Below are positions 43,485 to 54,631 of a DNA stretch of 64,000 nt, in pieces (the stretch's first letter is position 1; each line of letters begins with the position of its first letter). The notes under the pieces are model-generated. The model did no database searches and had not been told where the DNA came from. It worked only from the letters and a program-made list of their open reading frames with translations. Both the position numbers and the translations under genes were made by a program. Origin of the DNA: an uncultured Thermotogae bacterium. GTDB lineage: Bacteria > Bipolaricaulota > Bipolaricaulia > UBA7950 > UBA9294. The stretch lies in NCBI GenBank assembly GCA_964523545.1, contig CAZFZM010000003.1:68176-132175 (forward strand), in the 5' to 3' direction.

Positions 43485-43514
43485 ATGCTAGCACAGGGTC
43501 TGGAGATCGATCAA
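43485..43514 (-). promoter_or_regulatory. promoter candidate implying a leaderless mRNA
   Basis: Minus strand: TTGATC (complement of 43509-43514), 18 nt, TAGCAT (complement of 43485-43490). The ATG at 43477 lies only 7 nt downstream and there is no Shine-Dalgarno. Confidence 0.4.
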
Positions 43515-43567
43515 GAAAGAAGTGACCGCGGTGATCGAAGGGGGGCCTGTAGGTAGGTCTTCCCGCC

Positions 43568-44041
43568 CTAGTTGGCCGTGAGAAGGTCGAGGGCCATCTC
43601 CAACGCCGCGTCGATGGCGCACTGCCGGACTCGCTCGCGGTTCCCTTCGAAGTGGAAGCGCTCCGTCCGCGTCCCGGATCGATCGGAAACGGAGACAAAG
43701 ACCGTCCCGACGGGCTTCTCCGGTGTTCCTCCCCCCGGCCCGGCGATCCCGGTGATCGCGAGACAGAGGTCGGTGTCGAAACGGGCCCGTCCGTTCTCCG
43801 ACATCGTCGTGGCCGCTTGCCGACTGACGGCGCCGTGCTCGCCGAAGACCCGTTCTGGGACCCCGACCCATTCGACCTTTACCCGGTTGTCGTACGCGAT
43901 GACGCCCCCGAGGAAGTAGGCCGACGCCCCGGGGACCTCCGTGATCCGGTACGCGAGGCCTCCCGCGGTACACGATTCGACGGTCGAGATCGTCCATCGA
44001 CGCTGCGAGAGGGCTTCTCCGAGGCGCTCGGCGAGAGTCAT
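43568..44041 (-). CDS. pncC: nicotinamide-nucleotide amidohydrolase (CinA C-terminal domain only)
   Basis: MTLAERL...TISTVESCTAGGLA...GGVIAYDN...GIAGPGGG. ATGA overlap with nth. Confidence 0.88.
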   Translation of the reverse strand: MTLAERLGEALSQRRWTISTVESCTAGGLAYRITEVPGASAYFLGGVIAYDNRVKVEWVGVPERVFGEHGAVSRQAATTMSENGRARFDTDLCLAITGIAGPGGGTPEKPVGTVFVSVSDRSGTRTERFHFEGNRERVRQCAIDAALEMALDLLTAN

Positions 44042-44727
44042 GCGGACTTCCTCTCCTCCATCGATTCGGGGCGCGGATTCTGAGACGCCCAGTCGCACTC
44101 GTGTCGGATCGGGCAGTTCGGGCAGTCCGGCCTTCGCGGACGACAGATCTCGCGACCGAGACGGATTATCAGCAGGTGCAGTGCCGCCATCAAGGAAGGG
44201 TCTTCGGGCAGGAGTCGGTTCGCCTGCTCGTGGGGGTCGCCCTTCGGCTCGATTAGCCCGACCCGGCTGAGGACGCGTCGGATGTGCGTGTCGACCGGGA
44301 AGTAGGGCTTCCCGAACGAGAAGAGCATCACGATCCCCGCGGTCTTCTTCCCGACGCCGGGGGAGGCGAGGAGCCAATCCATCGCGGCGTCGAGGTTCCA
44401 CTCGCCGAGAAAGGCGAGATCCAGAGACCCGCGCTCCCGGTGGATCCGGTTGAGAACCTGGCGGATTCGTCCGGCCTTCTGCCGGTGGAGTCCGCCGACA
44501 CGAATGGCGCGGCCGATCGCGTCGACGCGGGCGCTGCGAACCGCATCGAGCGATCCGAACCGCTCGAGCAGCGACGTGTAGGCGCGGTCCCGGTTCGTGT
44601 CGTTCGTGTTCTGGGACAGGATGGTCGAGACGAGCGACTCGACCGGATCGGAACGGCGCACGTTCGGCGTCCCGTAGCGGGCGATGAGGCGGTCGGCGAG
44701 CCAGACGGCCTTTTCTCGTGGCTGCAT
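44038..44727 (-). CDS. nth: endonuclease III
   Basis: HhH-GPD core (LLASPGVGKKTAGIVM, PVDTHIRRV) and an FeS cluster loop (CRPRRPDCPNCPIRHEC). Confidence 0.92.
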   Translation of the reverse strand: MQPREKAVWLADRLIARYGTPNVRRSDPVESLVSTILSQNTNDTNRDRAYTSLLERFGSLDAVRSARVDAIGRAIRVGGLHRQKAGRIRQVLNRIHRERGSLDLAFLGEWNLDAAMDWLLASPGVGKKTAGIVMLFSFGKPYFPVDTHIRRVLSRVGLIEPKGDPHEQANRLLPEDPSLMAALHLLIIRLGREICRPRRPDCPNCPIRHECDWASQNPRPESMEERKSA

Positions 44728-44801
44728 GGAGCGAGGATAGGGAGCGGTTTGCGGCGGCGCAACTGGCCTTCGAAAGCGCGGGCCGGTACGATGAGCGCAC
44801 G

Positions 44802-45236
44802 ATGATCGAAGCGAGAGGGAAGCGAGAGGCGGTCGTACGGATGGTGGACGGTGAGGATCTGATCGGCGAACTGCATCGGCTCTCCGTCGACTCGGCGATC
44901 GTCGTCTGCGGGATCGGGATGCTCCGCGAGATCGAGCTCGGCTACTGGAACGGCGAGATCTACGAGAAGCACCGGATCGATTCACCGGTCGAGCTCGTCT
45001 CCCTCCAGGGGACGGTTGCGCGGTCCGGTGACGAGCGCGTCGTCCACGTGCACGCCTGTGTCGGGAGACGTGACGGCTCGACGCTCGGCGGTCACCTGTT
45101 CGCCGGCACGGTCCACAACACGACGGAGATCGCCCTCCGGTTTCCCGAAGGGATCGCCCTCGAGCGCAGGGAGGAGGAGACGGGTCTGACCGGACTTTAT
45201 CCCCGTCTTCGGCAGGCGGATGAAGACGCCGGCTAG
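44802..45236 (+). CDS. PPC (DUF296) domain protein
   Basis: Internal ATG at 44802. The pattern IGELHRLSVDSAIVVCGIGMLREIEL...LQGTVARSGDERVVHVHACVG...GGHL is typical of PPC/DUF296. Confidence 0.65.
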   Translation: MIEARGKREAVVRMVDGEDLIGELHRLSVDSAIVVCGIGMLREIELGYWNGEIYEKHRIDSPVELVSLQGTVARSGDERVVHVHACVGRRDGSTLGGHLFAGTVHNTTEIALRFPEGIALERREEETGLTGLYPRLRQADEDAG

Positions 45237-46156
45237 GTGAAGCTCGCCGGGCCGCGGAGGCCGTGGAGGAACGCGGCACCGTCGATTCGAGGGCGTCCTT
45301 CGCGTTGAATCTCGAGGATCTCGAGCAGCCGATCGCCGGTCCCGACGAGAAGACGATCGGTCCCACGGAGCCCGATCTCTCCGGGCGAGATCGGACCGGA
45401 TTCGACCTCGGTCCGTGCCGTGCGATGCACCTTGACCCGCTCGCCCTCAAGGAGCGTCCACGCCCCCGGCCACGGGCTCGTCCCGCGGACGAGGTCGTGG
45501 ATCCGTCGTGCCGCCGCGGTCCAGTCGATCCGCCCGTCGTCTCGCGACAGCCGCGGCGCCATCGAAACGCCCTCCTCGGGCTGCGAACGCGGGGTGATCC
45601 TCCCCCCTTGCAGGCCTTCCAGGGTCTCGACGACCACTTCCGCCCCGAGGCGAGCGAGGCGAGCCTCGAGCTCGCCGGCGGTCTCTTCCGGGTCGATGTC
45701 GAGCCTGCGCTGCAGGAGAAGGTCCCCGGTGTCCATCCCCGCGTCGATCAGGAACGTCGTGATCCCGGTCGTCGTTTCCCCTCGGATGATCGCCCAGTTG
45801 ATCGGGGCGGCCCCCCGATAGGCGGGCAGCAGAGACGCGTGGACGTTGATCGTTCCCAGCGGCGCGAGCTCGAACACACCCGGCTTCAGGAGTTGGCCGT
45901 ACGCGGCGACCACGATCGCCTCCGGCGCTGCGGCTCGGAGGCGTTCGAGCGAACCGTCGGCGTTGATCCGCTCGGGCTGGAAGATGGGAAGGCCCAAGGG
46001 AACGGCCTCCTCCTTGATCGGAGAGGGGCGAAGCCCTCCGCGACGACCTGCCGGGCGATCCGGCTGCGTGACCACGAGCGGGATCTCGTGCCGGTCGACC
46101 AGGGCGGCGAGCGCCGGGCGGGCGAACGACGACGTTCCGAGGAAGACGAGCCTCAC
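45233..46156 (-). CDS. fmt: methionyl-tRNA formyltransferase
   Basis: GTG at 46156 overlaps the def stop (GTGA). VFLGTSSFA, NVHASLLPAYRGAAPI. The upstream part of track ORF 45233..47233 is antisense artefact. Confidence 0.93.
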   Translation of the reverse strand: MRLVFLGTSSFARPALAALVDRHEIPLVVTQPDRPAGRRGGLRPSPIKEEAVPLGLPIFQPERINADGSLERLRAAAPEAIVVAAYGQLLKPGVFELAPLGTINVHASLLPAYRGAAPINWAIIRGETTTGITTFLIDAGMDTGDLLLQRRLDIDPEETAGELEARLARLGAEVVVETLEGLQGGRITPRSQPEEGVSMAPRLSRDDGRIDWTAAARRIHDLVRGTSPWPGAWTLLEGERVKVHRTARTEVESGPISPGEIGLRGTDRLLVGTGDRLLEILEIQREGRPRIDGAAFLHGLRGPASFT

Positions 46157-46644
46157 GTCGACTCCTCCCGCTGCCGGCGGCGGTACTCCTTCAGCAGGCT
46201 CTGCCTGCGGGCGGGGCTGAGGTGATCGAGGAACAGCCCGCCTTTGAGGTGATCCATCTCGTGCTGGATCGCCCGCGCGAGGAGGCCCTCCCCCTCGATC
46301 CGGACCGTCTCTCCGTCGAGGGACGTCCCCTCGACGACGGCGCGGGTCGCCCGCTCGACGACCGAGTCGACCCCGGGGACGCTCAGGCAGCCTTCGTTGA
46401 ACTGTTCGACGTCGTCCGAGGTTTCGATCAGTTCGGGGTTGATGAGCACGTGGAACTCGCCGTCGACGTCGAGGACGATGATCCGTTTGGATATGCCGAT
46501 CTGCGGCGCCGCGAGACCGGCGCCGTTGGCACGAAGCATCGTCTCGACCATCCGCTCGCAGATCGTTCGGATCTCGTCGTCGATCGCTTCGACCGGCTCG
46601 GCGCGTCGGCGAAGGGACGGGTCTCCGTAGGTTCGAATCTCCAT
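46153..46644 (-). CDS. def: peptide deformylase
   Basis: GAGLAAPQIG, EGCLSVPG and HEMDHL. Confidence 0.95.
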   Translation of the reverse strand: MEIRTYGDPSLRRRAEPVEAIDDEIRTICERMVETMLRANGAGLAAPQIGISKRIIVLDVDGEFHVLINPELIETSDDVEQFNEGCLSVPGVDSVVERATRAVVEGTSLDGETVRIEGEGLLARAIQHEMDHLKGGLFLDHLSPARRQSLLKEYRRRQREEST

Positions 46645-46693
46645 GGCATTCCTCTTGCGTACCGGGACGCCGCATTATAAAGTGGGCGTCGGT

Positions 46694-48961
46694 ATGCCAC
46701 AAGAGAACAGCGATTGGGGGCATCGCCTCGAGAAGATCCTTCGCCTGGAGCGTACGACGGGGTACCGGGACGAAGCGGTGACCTGCGGTCTCGAGGCGTT
46801 CGTCCAGGCCCACGTCCCCAGCGCGGAATCGATCGCGAAAGGGTATGAGAACGCGTCGCTCGCAGAACGACGTGCGATCGTCGACCGGCTGTTCGAGCGG
46901 GTCGGTTCGGGCACGGAGACCGCCTTCGCGCCTGGGAAGACCGCGGGACTGACCGCGCCGGTCATCCGGGCAAAGGGGGTCGGGCCGAAGCGCGCCGCAC
47001 TGCTGGCGAAACTGGGGATCGAGACGATCGAGGACCTTCTGCTTTACTTCCCGCGTCGGCTGGAGGACCGTTCGACGGTCGTCCCGATCGGCTCGGTCCG
47101 CCCCGGTCAGGAGGTGGGCGTCCGTGGAGAGGTTCACGCGGTCAGCCAGCGCCGCGTCAACCGGAAGATGACCCTCTTCAAGGCGGCGGTCGGAGACGGA
47201 ACCGGCTTCCTCTACGCCGTCTGGTTCAATCAACCGTGGATCGCCGAACAGCTGAAACGCGGGGATCGGGTCGCCCTCTACGGAAGGGTCGAGCGAAGCT
47301 ACGGCGAGCTCCAGATGCCCTCACCGACGTGGGAGGCGGAGGGGGCGGGGCTGGAGACCGGGCGTTGGGTTCCGGTCTACCCGGCGACGGAGGGGATTTC
47401 GGACCGATATCTCCGGTTGCTCATCCATCGGAACCTGGACGCCTACCTGACGGCGATCGACGACCTCCTTCCGGACTCGATCCGGGAACAACACGGGTTG
47501 TCGCCGAGGCGGACCGCGGTCGAGGCGATCCACCGCCCGACCGATCCGGGAGCGTTCGAACGGGCGCGCCGGACGCTCGCGTTCGAGGAGCTGCTCCTCC
47601 TTCAAGTCGGACTGTCGCCATCGGAGCGGAGCGTGCCCGGACGGGCGCACCGCCCGACGACCGGTTTGCTCGACTCGTTCCTCGCCGGGCTCCCGTTCCG
47701 GTTGACCGGGCCGCAGAGGACGGCGCTGTCGGAGATCTCGTCGGACCAGAAGCGCCCGATCCGGATGATGCGGCTCCTCCAGGGCGACGTCGGGTCCGGG
47801 AAGACCCTCGTCGCCGTCTGTGCCGCTCTCCTGGCGATCGACGCCGGGCGTCAGGTGGCGTTCATGGCGCCGACCGAGATCCTCACCGAACAGCACGCGA
47901 TCAACCTCGGACGGCTCCTTTCCGACCTTCCGGTGACCGTCGAGGTCCTGACCAGCGCGACGCGGCGGAAGAGCGCGATCCGCACAGCCGTCGAGGAGGG
48001 GGACGTGAATCTCCTCATCGGCACCCACGCGCTGATCCAGGAGGCCGTCGCGTTCCGGGATCTCGGACTGGTGATCATCGACGAGCAGCATCGGTTCGGC
48101 GTCGTCCAGCGGTCGGAGATCGAGGAGAAGGGGGAAGACGTTGACGTGCTGGTGATGAGCGCGACGCCGATTCCGCGGACGATCACGCTGACGCTCTACG
48201 GCGAGTTCGACGTCTCGACCCTCGACGAGCTTCCGCTCGGGCCGCGATCGATCACGACGCACCGGGCGACCGAGGCGGAGCGGGGAAGCGTGTACGACAC
48301 CGTGGAGCGGTTCCTCGAGGGGGGGCGCAAGGGATACGTCGTCCTCCCGCTCGTCGAGGAGTCGGAGAAGGTGACGGCGAAGGCCGCCGTCCAGGTGGCG
48401 GAGGAGATGGCGAAGCGGTTCCCCGGTGCGGGGGTCGGTCTGATCCACGGACGGCTGTCCGCCTCCGAGAAGGCCGAAGCGATGGAGCGATTCCGGAACG
48501 GCGACGTTCGGCTTCTCGTCGCGACGACCGTGATCGAGGTCGGGATCGACGTCCTCGATGCCGATTTCATGGTCATCGAACACGCCGATCGCTTCGGCCT
48601 CTCGCAGCTCCATCAGCTCCGCGGGCGGATCGGCCGCTCCGGGCAGCCGGCCGACTGCTTCGCGATCTCGGATCCGAGCACCGACGAGGCAAAGGAGCGG
48701 CTGAGGGCGTTCGCCGCGCACACGGACGGCTTCGCGATCGCCGAAGAGGATCTGCGGATCCGGGGGCCGGGGGATCTGCTCGGTACGCAGCAGCACGGCT
48801 TCTTCAACCGGCTGCGCGCGGTGGACCTGTTCGGCGACCTCGATCTGATGCGCGAGGCGCGCGACGCGGGGCAGCGCCTTCGCGAAGAGGGAACGCCGGG
48901 AGAACTGATCGAGGCGGCCGAACGCCGGTTCGGCGATGCACTCCAGCTTCTGCGGGTCTGA
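46694..48961 (+). CDS. recG: ATP-dependent DNA helicase RecG
   Basis: Internal ATG at 46694. Wedge domain, GDVGSGKT, DEQHRFGV and QLRGRIGR. Confidence 0.93.
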   Translation: MPQENSDWGHRLEKILRLERTTGYRDEAVTCGLEAFVQAHVPSAESIAKGYENASLAERRAIVDRLFERVGSGTETAFAPGKTAGLTAPVIRAKGVGPKRAALLAKLGIETIEDLLLYFPRRLEDRSTVVPIGSVRPGQEVGVRGEVHAVSQRRVNRKMTLFKAAVGDGTGFLYAVWFNQPWIAEQLKRGDRVALYGRVERSYGELQMPSPTWEAEGAGLETGRWVPVYPATEGISDRYLRLLIHRNLDAYLTAIDDLLPDSIREQHGLSPRRTAVEAIHRPTDPGAFERARRTLAFEELLLLQVGLSPSERSVPGRAHRPTTGLLDSFLAGLPFRLTGPQRTALSEISSDQKRPIRMMRLLQGDVGSGKTLVAVCAALLAIDAGRQVAFMAPTEILTEQHAINLGRLLSDLPVTVEVLTSATRRKSAIRTAVEEGDVNLLIGTHALIQEAVAFRDLGLVIIDEQHRFGVVQRSEIEEKGEDVDVLVMSATPIPRTITLTLYGEFDVSTLDELPLGPRSITTHRATEAERGSVYDTVERFLEGGRKGYVVLPLVEESEKVTAKAAVQVAEEMAKRFPGAGVGLIHGRLSASEKAEAMERFRNGDVRLLVATTVIEVGIDVLDADFMVIEHADRFGLSQLHQLRGRIGRSGQPADCFAISDPSTDEAKERLRAFAAHTDGFAIAEEDLRIRGPGDLLGTQQHGFFNRLRAVDLFGDLDLMREARDAGQRLREEGTPGELIEAAERRFGDALQLLRV

Positions 48962-49031
48962 GGGCCACTCCGCCTCGCGAATCACGCGAAGCATACTTGG
49001 TGGGAGACGTCCGATTCGCGTGGAAAGCGGA

Positions 49032-49052
49032 GGAATGGGCGTCGCCCATTCC
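49032..49052. terminator. hairpin between convergent recG and pyrH
   Basis: GGAATGGG-CGTCG-CCCATTCC (8 bp stem, 5-nt loop). No clear U-tract. Confidence 0.35.
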
Positions 49053-49065
49053 CCGATGCGCCCCG

Positions 49066-49770
49066 CTAGGGGCTCTGACGCGAGATCCTGGTTCCGACCT
49101 GCCCGCCCGTTGCGATCTCCGAGAGGGCTCCCGGTCTGTCCAGGTCGAAGACCTCGATCGGGACCCCGTGTTCGCGACAGATCTCCACGGCGACCTGATC
49201 CATCACGCCGTAGCGGTTCGCGAGGTACTCGTCGTACGTCAGATTCTCGATCAGCCCGGCCGCCTCGTCTTCCGACGGATCGGCGGAGTAGACGCCGGAG
49301 ACGTTCGAGCCCTTGGCGAGAAGATCGGCCTCGATCGACACGGCCCGAATCGCGGCCGCCGTGTCGGTCGTGACGAGCGGACTCCCCGTTCCTCCGGCGA
49401 ACAGGACGACCGCTCCGTCCTCCAGGGCGTCCCGTGCGACACGCGGTGAGATCGATTCGGTCAGTTCGGTCTCGATCGCCGATTGGATCAGCACGGTCCG
49501 CCCGTTCGACTCGAGGTAGCTGCGGAGCGCCAGCGCGTTGAGCACCGTGGCCAGCATCCCGAGCGTGTCGGCCTCGACGCGATCGAGCCACGGGCTTCGG
49601 GCGCCGCGGATGACGTTACCGCCTCCGACGACGACCGCGATCTGCGTCGAAGTGAGCGGCGCGATCTCACCCGAGATCCTTGCCAGGGCTTTGGGAGAGA
49701 ACGCGCCTTCGGGGCCCTTGAACGCTTCGCCTGAGAGCTTCAGGAGGACGCGAGAAGGGGATCCGGGCAT
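49066..49770 (-). CDS. pyrH: UMP kinase
   Basis: [23 protein letters not shown] 31-nt overlap with the tsf 3' end if the ATG at 49770 is used. Confidence 0.93.
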   Translation of the reverse strand: MPGSPSRVLLKLSGEAFKGPEGAFSPKALARISGEIAPLTSTQIAVVVGGGNVIRGARSPWLDRVEADTLGMLATVLNALALRSYLESNGRTVLIQSAIETELTESISPRVARDALEDGAVVLFAGGTGSPLVTTDTAAAIRAVSIEADLLAKGSNVSGVYSADPSEDEAAGLIENLTYDEYLANRYGVMDQVAVEICREHGVPIEVFDLDRPGALSEIATGGQVGTRISRQSP

Positions 49771-50363
49771 CCTGAGACCTCGATGGCGAATCGGGCGAAA
49801 CGCTTGACGTAGATGTTCTCGCCGGTCTTCGTTCGGAGGTCGGCGAGCATGTCCTCGATCGTGAGGTCGGGGTCCTTGACGAACGCCTGCTTCGTCAAGC
49901 AGTTGTCCTGAAGGAAGCGGCTCAGCCGGCCCTCGACCGCCTTGTCGATGATCTCGTCCGGCTTTCCCTGTTCCTTCAACTGGGCCTTGAACTCGGCCTG
50001 CTCCCGCTCGACGTCCTCGGCCGGGACGTCGTCGGGGGAGACGTAGAGCGGCTCCTCGGCAGCGATGTGCATCGCCACGTCGTTGGCGAACCGGAGGAAC
50101 TCGGCGCTGTTGGCGGCGAAGTCGGTGTTGCAGGCGATCTCGACGAGCACGCCGACCTTTCCGGTGTGATGGACGTAGGCGACGACGCGTCCCTCCTGGG
50201 CCTCGCGGCCGATCTGCTCCATGAGCTCGAGCCCCTGCTCGCGGAGGATCTCCTTGGCGCGGTCGATGTCTCCGTCGGCCTCGATCAGCGCGCGCTTACA
50301 GTCCATCATCCCAATGCCGGTTTCTTCACGGAGCCGCTTGATGGCCTCGACGTTAATCGTCAT
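49740..50363 (-). CDS. tsf: elongation factor Ts (short form)
   Basis: [25 protein letters not shown] (UBA-like N-terminus), 207 aa. Confidence 0.9.
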   Translation of the reverse strand: MTINVEAIKRLREETGIGMMDCKRALIEADGDIDRAKEILREQGLELMEQIGREAQEGRVVAYVHHTGKVGVLVEIACNTDFAANSAEFLRFANDVAMHIAAEEPLYVSPDDVPAEDVEREQAEFKAQLKEQGKPDEIIDKAVEGRLSRFLQDNCLTKQAFVKDPDLTIEDMLADLRTKTGENIYVKRFARFAIEVSGCPDPLLASS

Positions 50364-51291
50364 CGACTTCCTCGACTTCTTCGTCCTCGTTCCCCGACGC
50401 CTCGTCCTTCTCGTCTTCCTCCTCGGTCGGGGCCTCCTCCTCCTCGGGCTTCTCGGAGGTCTCCTCGACGGGTTCTTCGGCAGGCTCTTCGCTCGGCTCG
50501 ACTTCCTCTTCGGTCACTTCGCCTGCTTCCTCATCGACGTCTTCAACGGGCGTTTCGGTTTCGTCGCGGGCGTCTTCTTCGACCACCGAGGGGGCCTCGA
50601 CATCCTGCCTGCCCTCGCGCCCTTCGAGGACCGCGTCGGCGATCCGCGCGGTGATCAGCTTCGTCGCCTTGATCGCGTCGTCGTTGCCGGGGATCAGGAA
50701 GTCGATCGGATCCGGATCGCAGTTCGTGTCGACGATCGCGATGACCGGGATCCCCATGATGTTCGCCTCGTGCACCGCGTTCGCCTCGACGTCGGGATCG
50801 ATGACGTAGAGGAGATCGGGCTTCCGTTCGAGATGTCGCAGTCCGTTCAGGTTCCGCTGCAGCTTCGCCAGCTCACGACGCAGCCGGCTCGCCTCCTTGT
50901 TCGGCATGTGGTCGACGGTGCCGTCTTCGATCATCGTTTCGAACTTCTTCATTCGCTCGATGCTCTGCTTGATCGTCCCGAAGTTGGTCAGCGTGCCGCC
51001 GAGCCAGCGGCGATTGACGTAGTGCGCACCGCACCGCTGCGCCTCTTCGAGGATCGTCGACTGGACCTGCTTCTTCGTCCCGACGAAGAGGATCTCCCCG
51101 TCCGCGCTGACGAGGTCGCGGACGTGGTAGTACGCCTTCTTGAAAAGATCGACCGTCTGTTCGAGGTCGATGATGTGGATCCCCTTGCGCTCCGTGAAGA
51201 TGTAGCGGGCCATCTTGGGGTTCCACTTTCGTGTTCGATGCCCGAAATGCACCCCGGTTTCGAGCAACTCTTTCATCGTTAGAACTTCCAC
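50353..51291 (-). CDS. rpsB: 30S ribosomal protein S2 with a long acidic C-terminal tail
   Basis: GTG at 51291 ([27 protein letters not shown]) follows GGGAGGA. The last ~80 residues are mostly Glu, Asp, Pro, Val and Thr. Confidence 0.93.
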   Translation of the reverse strand: MEVLTMKELLETGVHFGHRTRKWNPKMARYIFTERKGIHIIDLEQTVDLFKKAYYHVRDLVSADGEILFVGTKKQVQSTILEEAQRCGAHYVNRRWLGGTLTNFGTIKQSIERMKKFETMIEDGTVDHMPNKEASRLRRELAKLQRNLNGLRHLERKPDLLYVIDPDVEANAVHEANIMGIPVIAIVDTNCDPDPIDFLIPGNDDAIKATKLITARIADAVLEGREGRQDVEAPSVVEEDARDETETPVEDVDEEAGEVTEEEVEPSEEPAEEPVEETSEKPEEEEAPTEEEDEKDEASGNEDEEVEEVDDD

Positions 51292-51330
51292 ATCATCCTC
51301 CCACTGGAATCGCGCTTCGTGTGTTGCCGA

Positions 51331-51359
51331 AGTATAGCGAACGACCTTGGAAACCGCAA
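51331..51359 (-). promoter_or_regulatory. sigma70 promoter candidate for rpsB-tsf-pyrH
   Basis: Minus strand: TTGCGG (complement of 51354-51359), 17 nt, TATACT (complement of 51331-51336). Confidence 0.5.
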
Positions 51360-51391
51360 TCCAGGCACATTGGCGCCGAGAAATCCCGCTG

Positions 51392-51421
51392 TTGTTTCGC
51401 GCCCCCCGGTCGAGCGATAAT
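51392..51421 (+). promoter_or_regulatory. promoter candidate for dnaB
   Basis: TTGTTT (51392-51397), 18 nt, GATAAT (51416-51421). ATG at 51439. Confidence 0.35.
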
Positions 51422-51438
51422 GGGTCCAAAGGTGGGCG

Positions 51439-52839
<1,401 letters not shown>

Positions 52840-52918
52840 ACCGCTTCCGTCACCTGGGGCCGCGGTGGGGTGCTTCGGTATAATCGGCGTCGAATCCTCG
52901 AAGCAACCGGGAGGGGAA

Positions 52919-53302
52919 ATGGCTTATCCGGCCGGATACCGCTACACGAAGGACCACGAATGGGTCGCCGTCGAAGGGAATCGCGCCCGCATTGGGATCA
53001 CCGATCACGCGCAGAGCGAGCTCGGTGACATCGTCTTCGTCGAGCTTCCGTCGATCGGCGACGCCGTCCGCGCGGGGGAGATCCTGGCAACGGTCGAATC
53101 GGTCAAGGCCGTCGGAGACGTCCTCGCCCCGTTCGACGGGACGGTGCTCGAAGCGAACGGTGACCTCGAGTCGTCGCCGGAGACGATCAACCAGTCGCCG
53201 CACGAGGCGGGTTGGATCGCGGTGCTCGAGGTCGACGACCCGACGGCGGCCGATGCGCTCCTCGATGCCGCGGGCTACGAGAGCTTCCTCGCCGAAGGGT
53301 AG
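52919..53302 (+). CDS. gcvH: glycine cleavage system H protein
   Basis: Internal ATG follows [17 protein letters not shown], and the lipoyl-Lys motif VESVKAV. Confidence 0.93.
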   Translation: MAYPAGYRYTKDHEWVAVEGNRARIGITDHAQSELGDIVFVELPSIGDAVRAGEILATVESVKAVGDVLAPFDGTVLEANGDLESSPETINQSPHEAGWIAVLEVDDPTAADALLDAAGYESFLAEG

Positions 53303-53308
53303 TCGCGG

Positions 53309-54631
53309 ATGCGCTACCTCCCCCACTCGGCCGCCGACCGGCGTGAGATGCTCGCGTCGATCGGCCTTTCTTCGGCCGACGAGCTGTTCGCCGACGTTCC
53401 GCAGGCGGTGGCGGAGGCGTTCCGGCCGCTCGGCCTCTCCCCTCGAAGTGAGCAGGAGGTCGTCGCGGAGCTGACGGGCCTGGCGGCCCGAAACGCGGCG
53501 CTCGAGAAGGTTTGCTTCGCCGGGGGCGGGATCTACGATCACTACGTCCCGAGCCTCGTCGACCACGTGTTGTCGCGCTCCGAGTTCTACACCGCCTACA
53601 CCCCCTATCAGCCGGAGGTCAGCCAGGGGACGCTGACGGCGATGTTCGAGTTCCAGACGATGGTCTGCGAGTTGACGGGGATGGACGTCGCGAACGCGTC
53701 CCTCTACGACGGAGCGACGGCGCTGGCCGAGGCCGTGCTGATGGCCGAACGCGTGAGGTCCCGCCGAAGGGTCGCCGTCGCTCGATCCCTGTTCGCGAAC
53801 GTCCGGCGGGTCCTCGACACGTACTGCTGGGCGACCGGGATCGAGGTCGTCGAGATCCCGCATCTGCCGTCCGGCCAGTGCGATCTCTCCGGGGTTCCCT
53901 CCGACGTCTCCGCGGTCGTGCTGCAGTCTCCGAACGCGGTCGGGGTCATCGAATCGCTTGTCGGCGTCAAGGGGAAGATCGGAGACGCGCTGCTGATCGT
54001 CTCGGTCCATCCGATCTCGCTTGGCGTCCTCGCACCTCCGGGAAACTTCGGCGCGGACATCGTCGTCGGCGAAGGGCAGCCGCTCGGGCTGCCGATGTCG
54101 TTCGGCGGTCCGCTCCTCGGCCTGTTCGCGGCGAGAAAGGAGTACCTACGTCAGATGCCCGGGCGGGTCTCCGGACGGACCGTCGATGCGGAGGGAAAGA
54201 CCGGTTACACGATGGCTGCCCAGACGCGCGAGCAGCACATCCGGCGGGAGCGGGCGACGTCGAACGTCTGCACGAACTCCGCGCTCTGCGCCCTCGCGGC
54301 GACCGTCTACCTCGCTTCGGTCGGGGCCGACGGGCTCCGGCGGGTCGCCGAGCTGAACGTCGAAAAGGCGCACTACTTGGCCGATCGCATCGCTGCGATC
54401 GACGGGTTCGACCTCCCGTTCTCGGGGCCGTTCTTCAACGAATTCGCCGTCCGTGCCCCCGGCGACGCGGACGACCTCAGGGGGAAGCTGCTCGACGCGG
54501 GCTACCTGGTCGAGCCGTCCGCGTCCCTCCGCGCACACGGCGTCGAGAACGGCCTCCGGATTGCGGTCACGGAGAAGCGAACGCGGGAGGAGCTCGATCG
54601 GTTCGTCGAGGCGCTGGGAGGGTCCCGATGA
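53309..54631 (+). CDS. gcvPA: glycine dehydrogenase (decarboxylating) subunit 1
   Basis: MRYLPHSAADRREML...TPYQPEVSQGTL... Confidence 0.93.
   Translation: MRYLPHSAADRREMLASIGLSSADELFADVPQAVAEAFRPLGLSPRSEQEVVAELTGLAARNAALEKVCFAGGGIYDHYVPSLVDHVLSRSEFYTAYTPYQPEVSQGTLTAMFEFQTMVCELTGMDVANASLYDGATALAEAVLMAERVRSRRRVAVARSLFANVRRVLDTYCWATGIEVVEIPHLPSGQCDLSGVPSDVSAVVLQSPNAVGVIESLVGVKGKIGDALLIVSVHPISLGVLAPPGNFGADIVVGEGQPLGLPMSFGGPLLGLFAARKEYLRQMPGRVSGRTVDAEGKTGYTMAAQTREQHIRRERATSNVCTNSALCALAATVYLASVGADGLRRVAELNVEKAHYLADRIAAIDGFDLPFSGPFFNEFAVRAPGDADDLRGKLLDAGYLVEPSASLRAHGVENGLRIAVTEKRTREELDRFVEALGGSR

Noticed and set aside
52840-52918. A glycine riboswitch upstream of gcvH.
   Set aside because: The gap is only 79 nt and lacks the conserved glycine aptamer cores.
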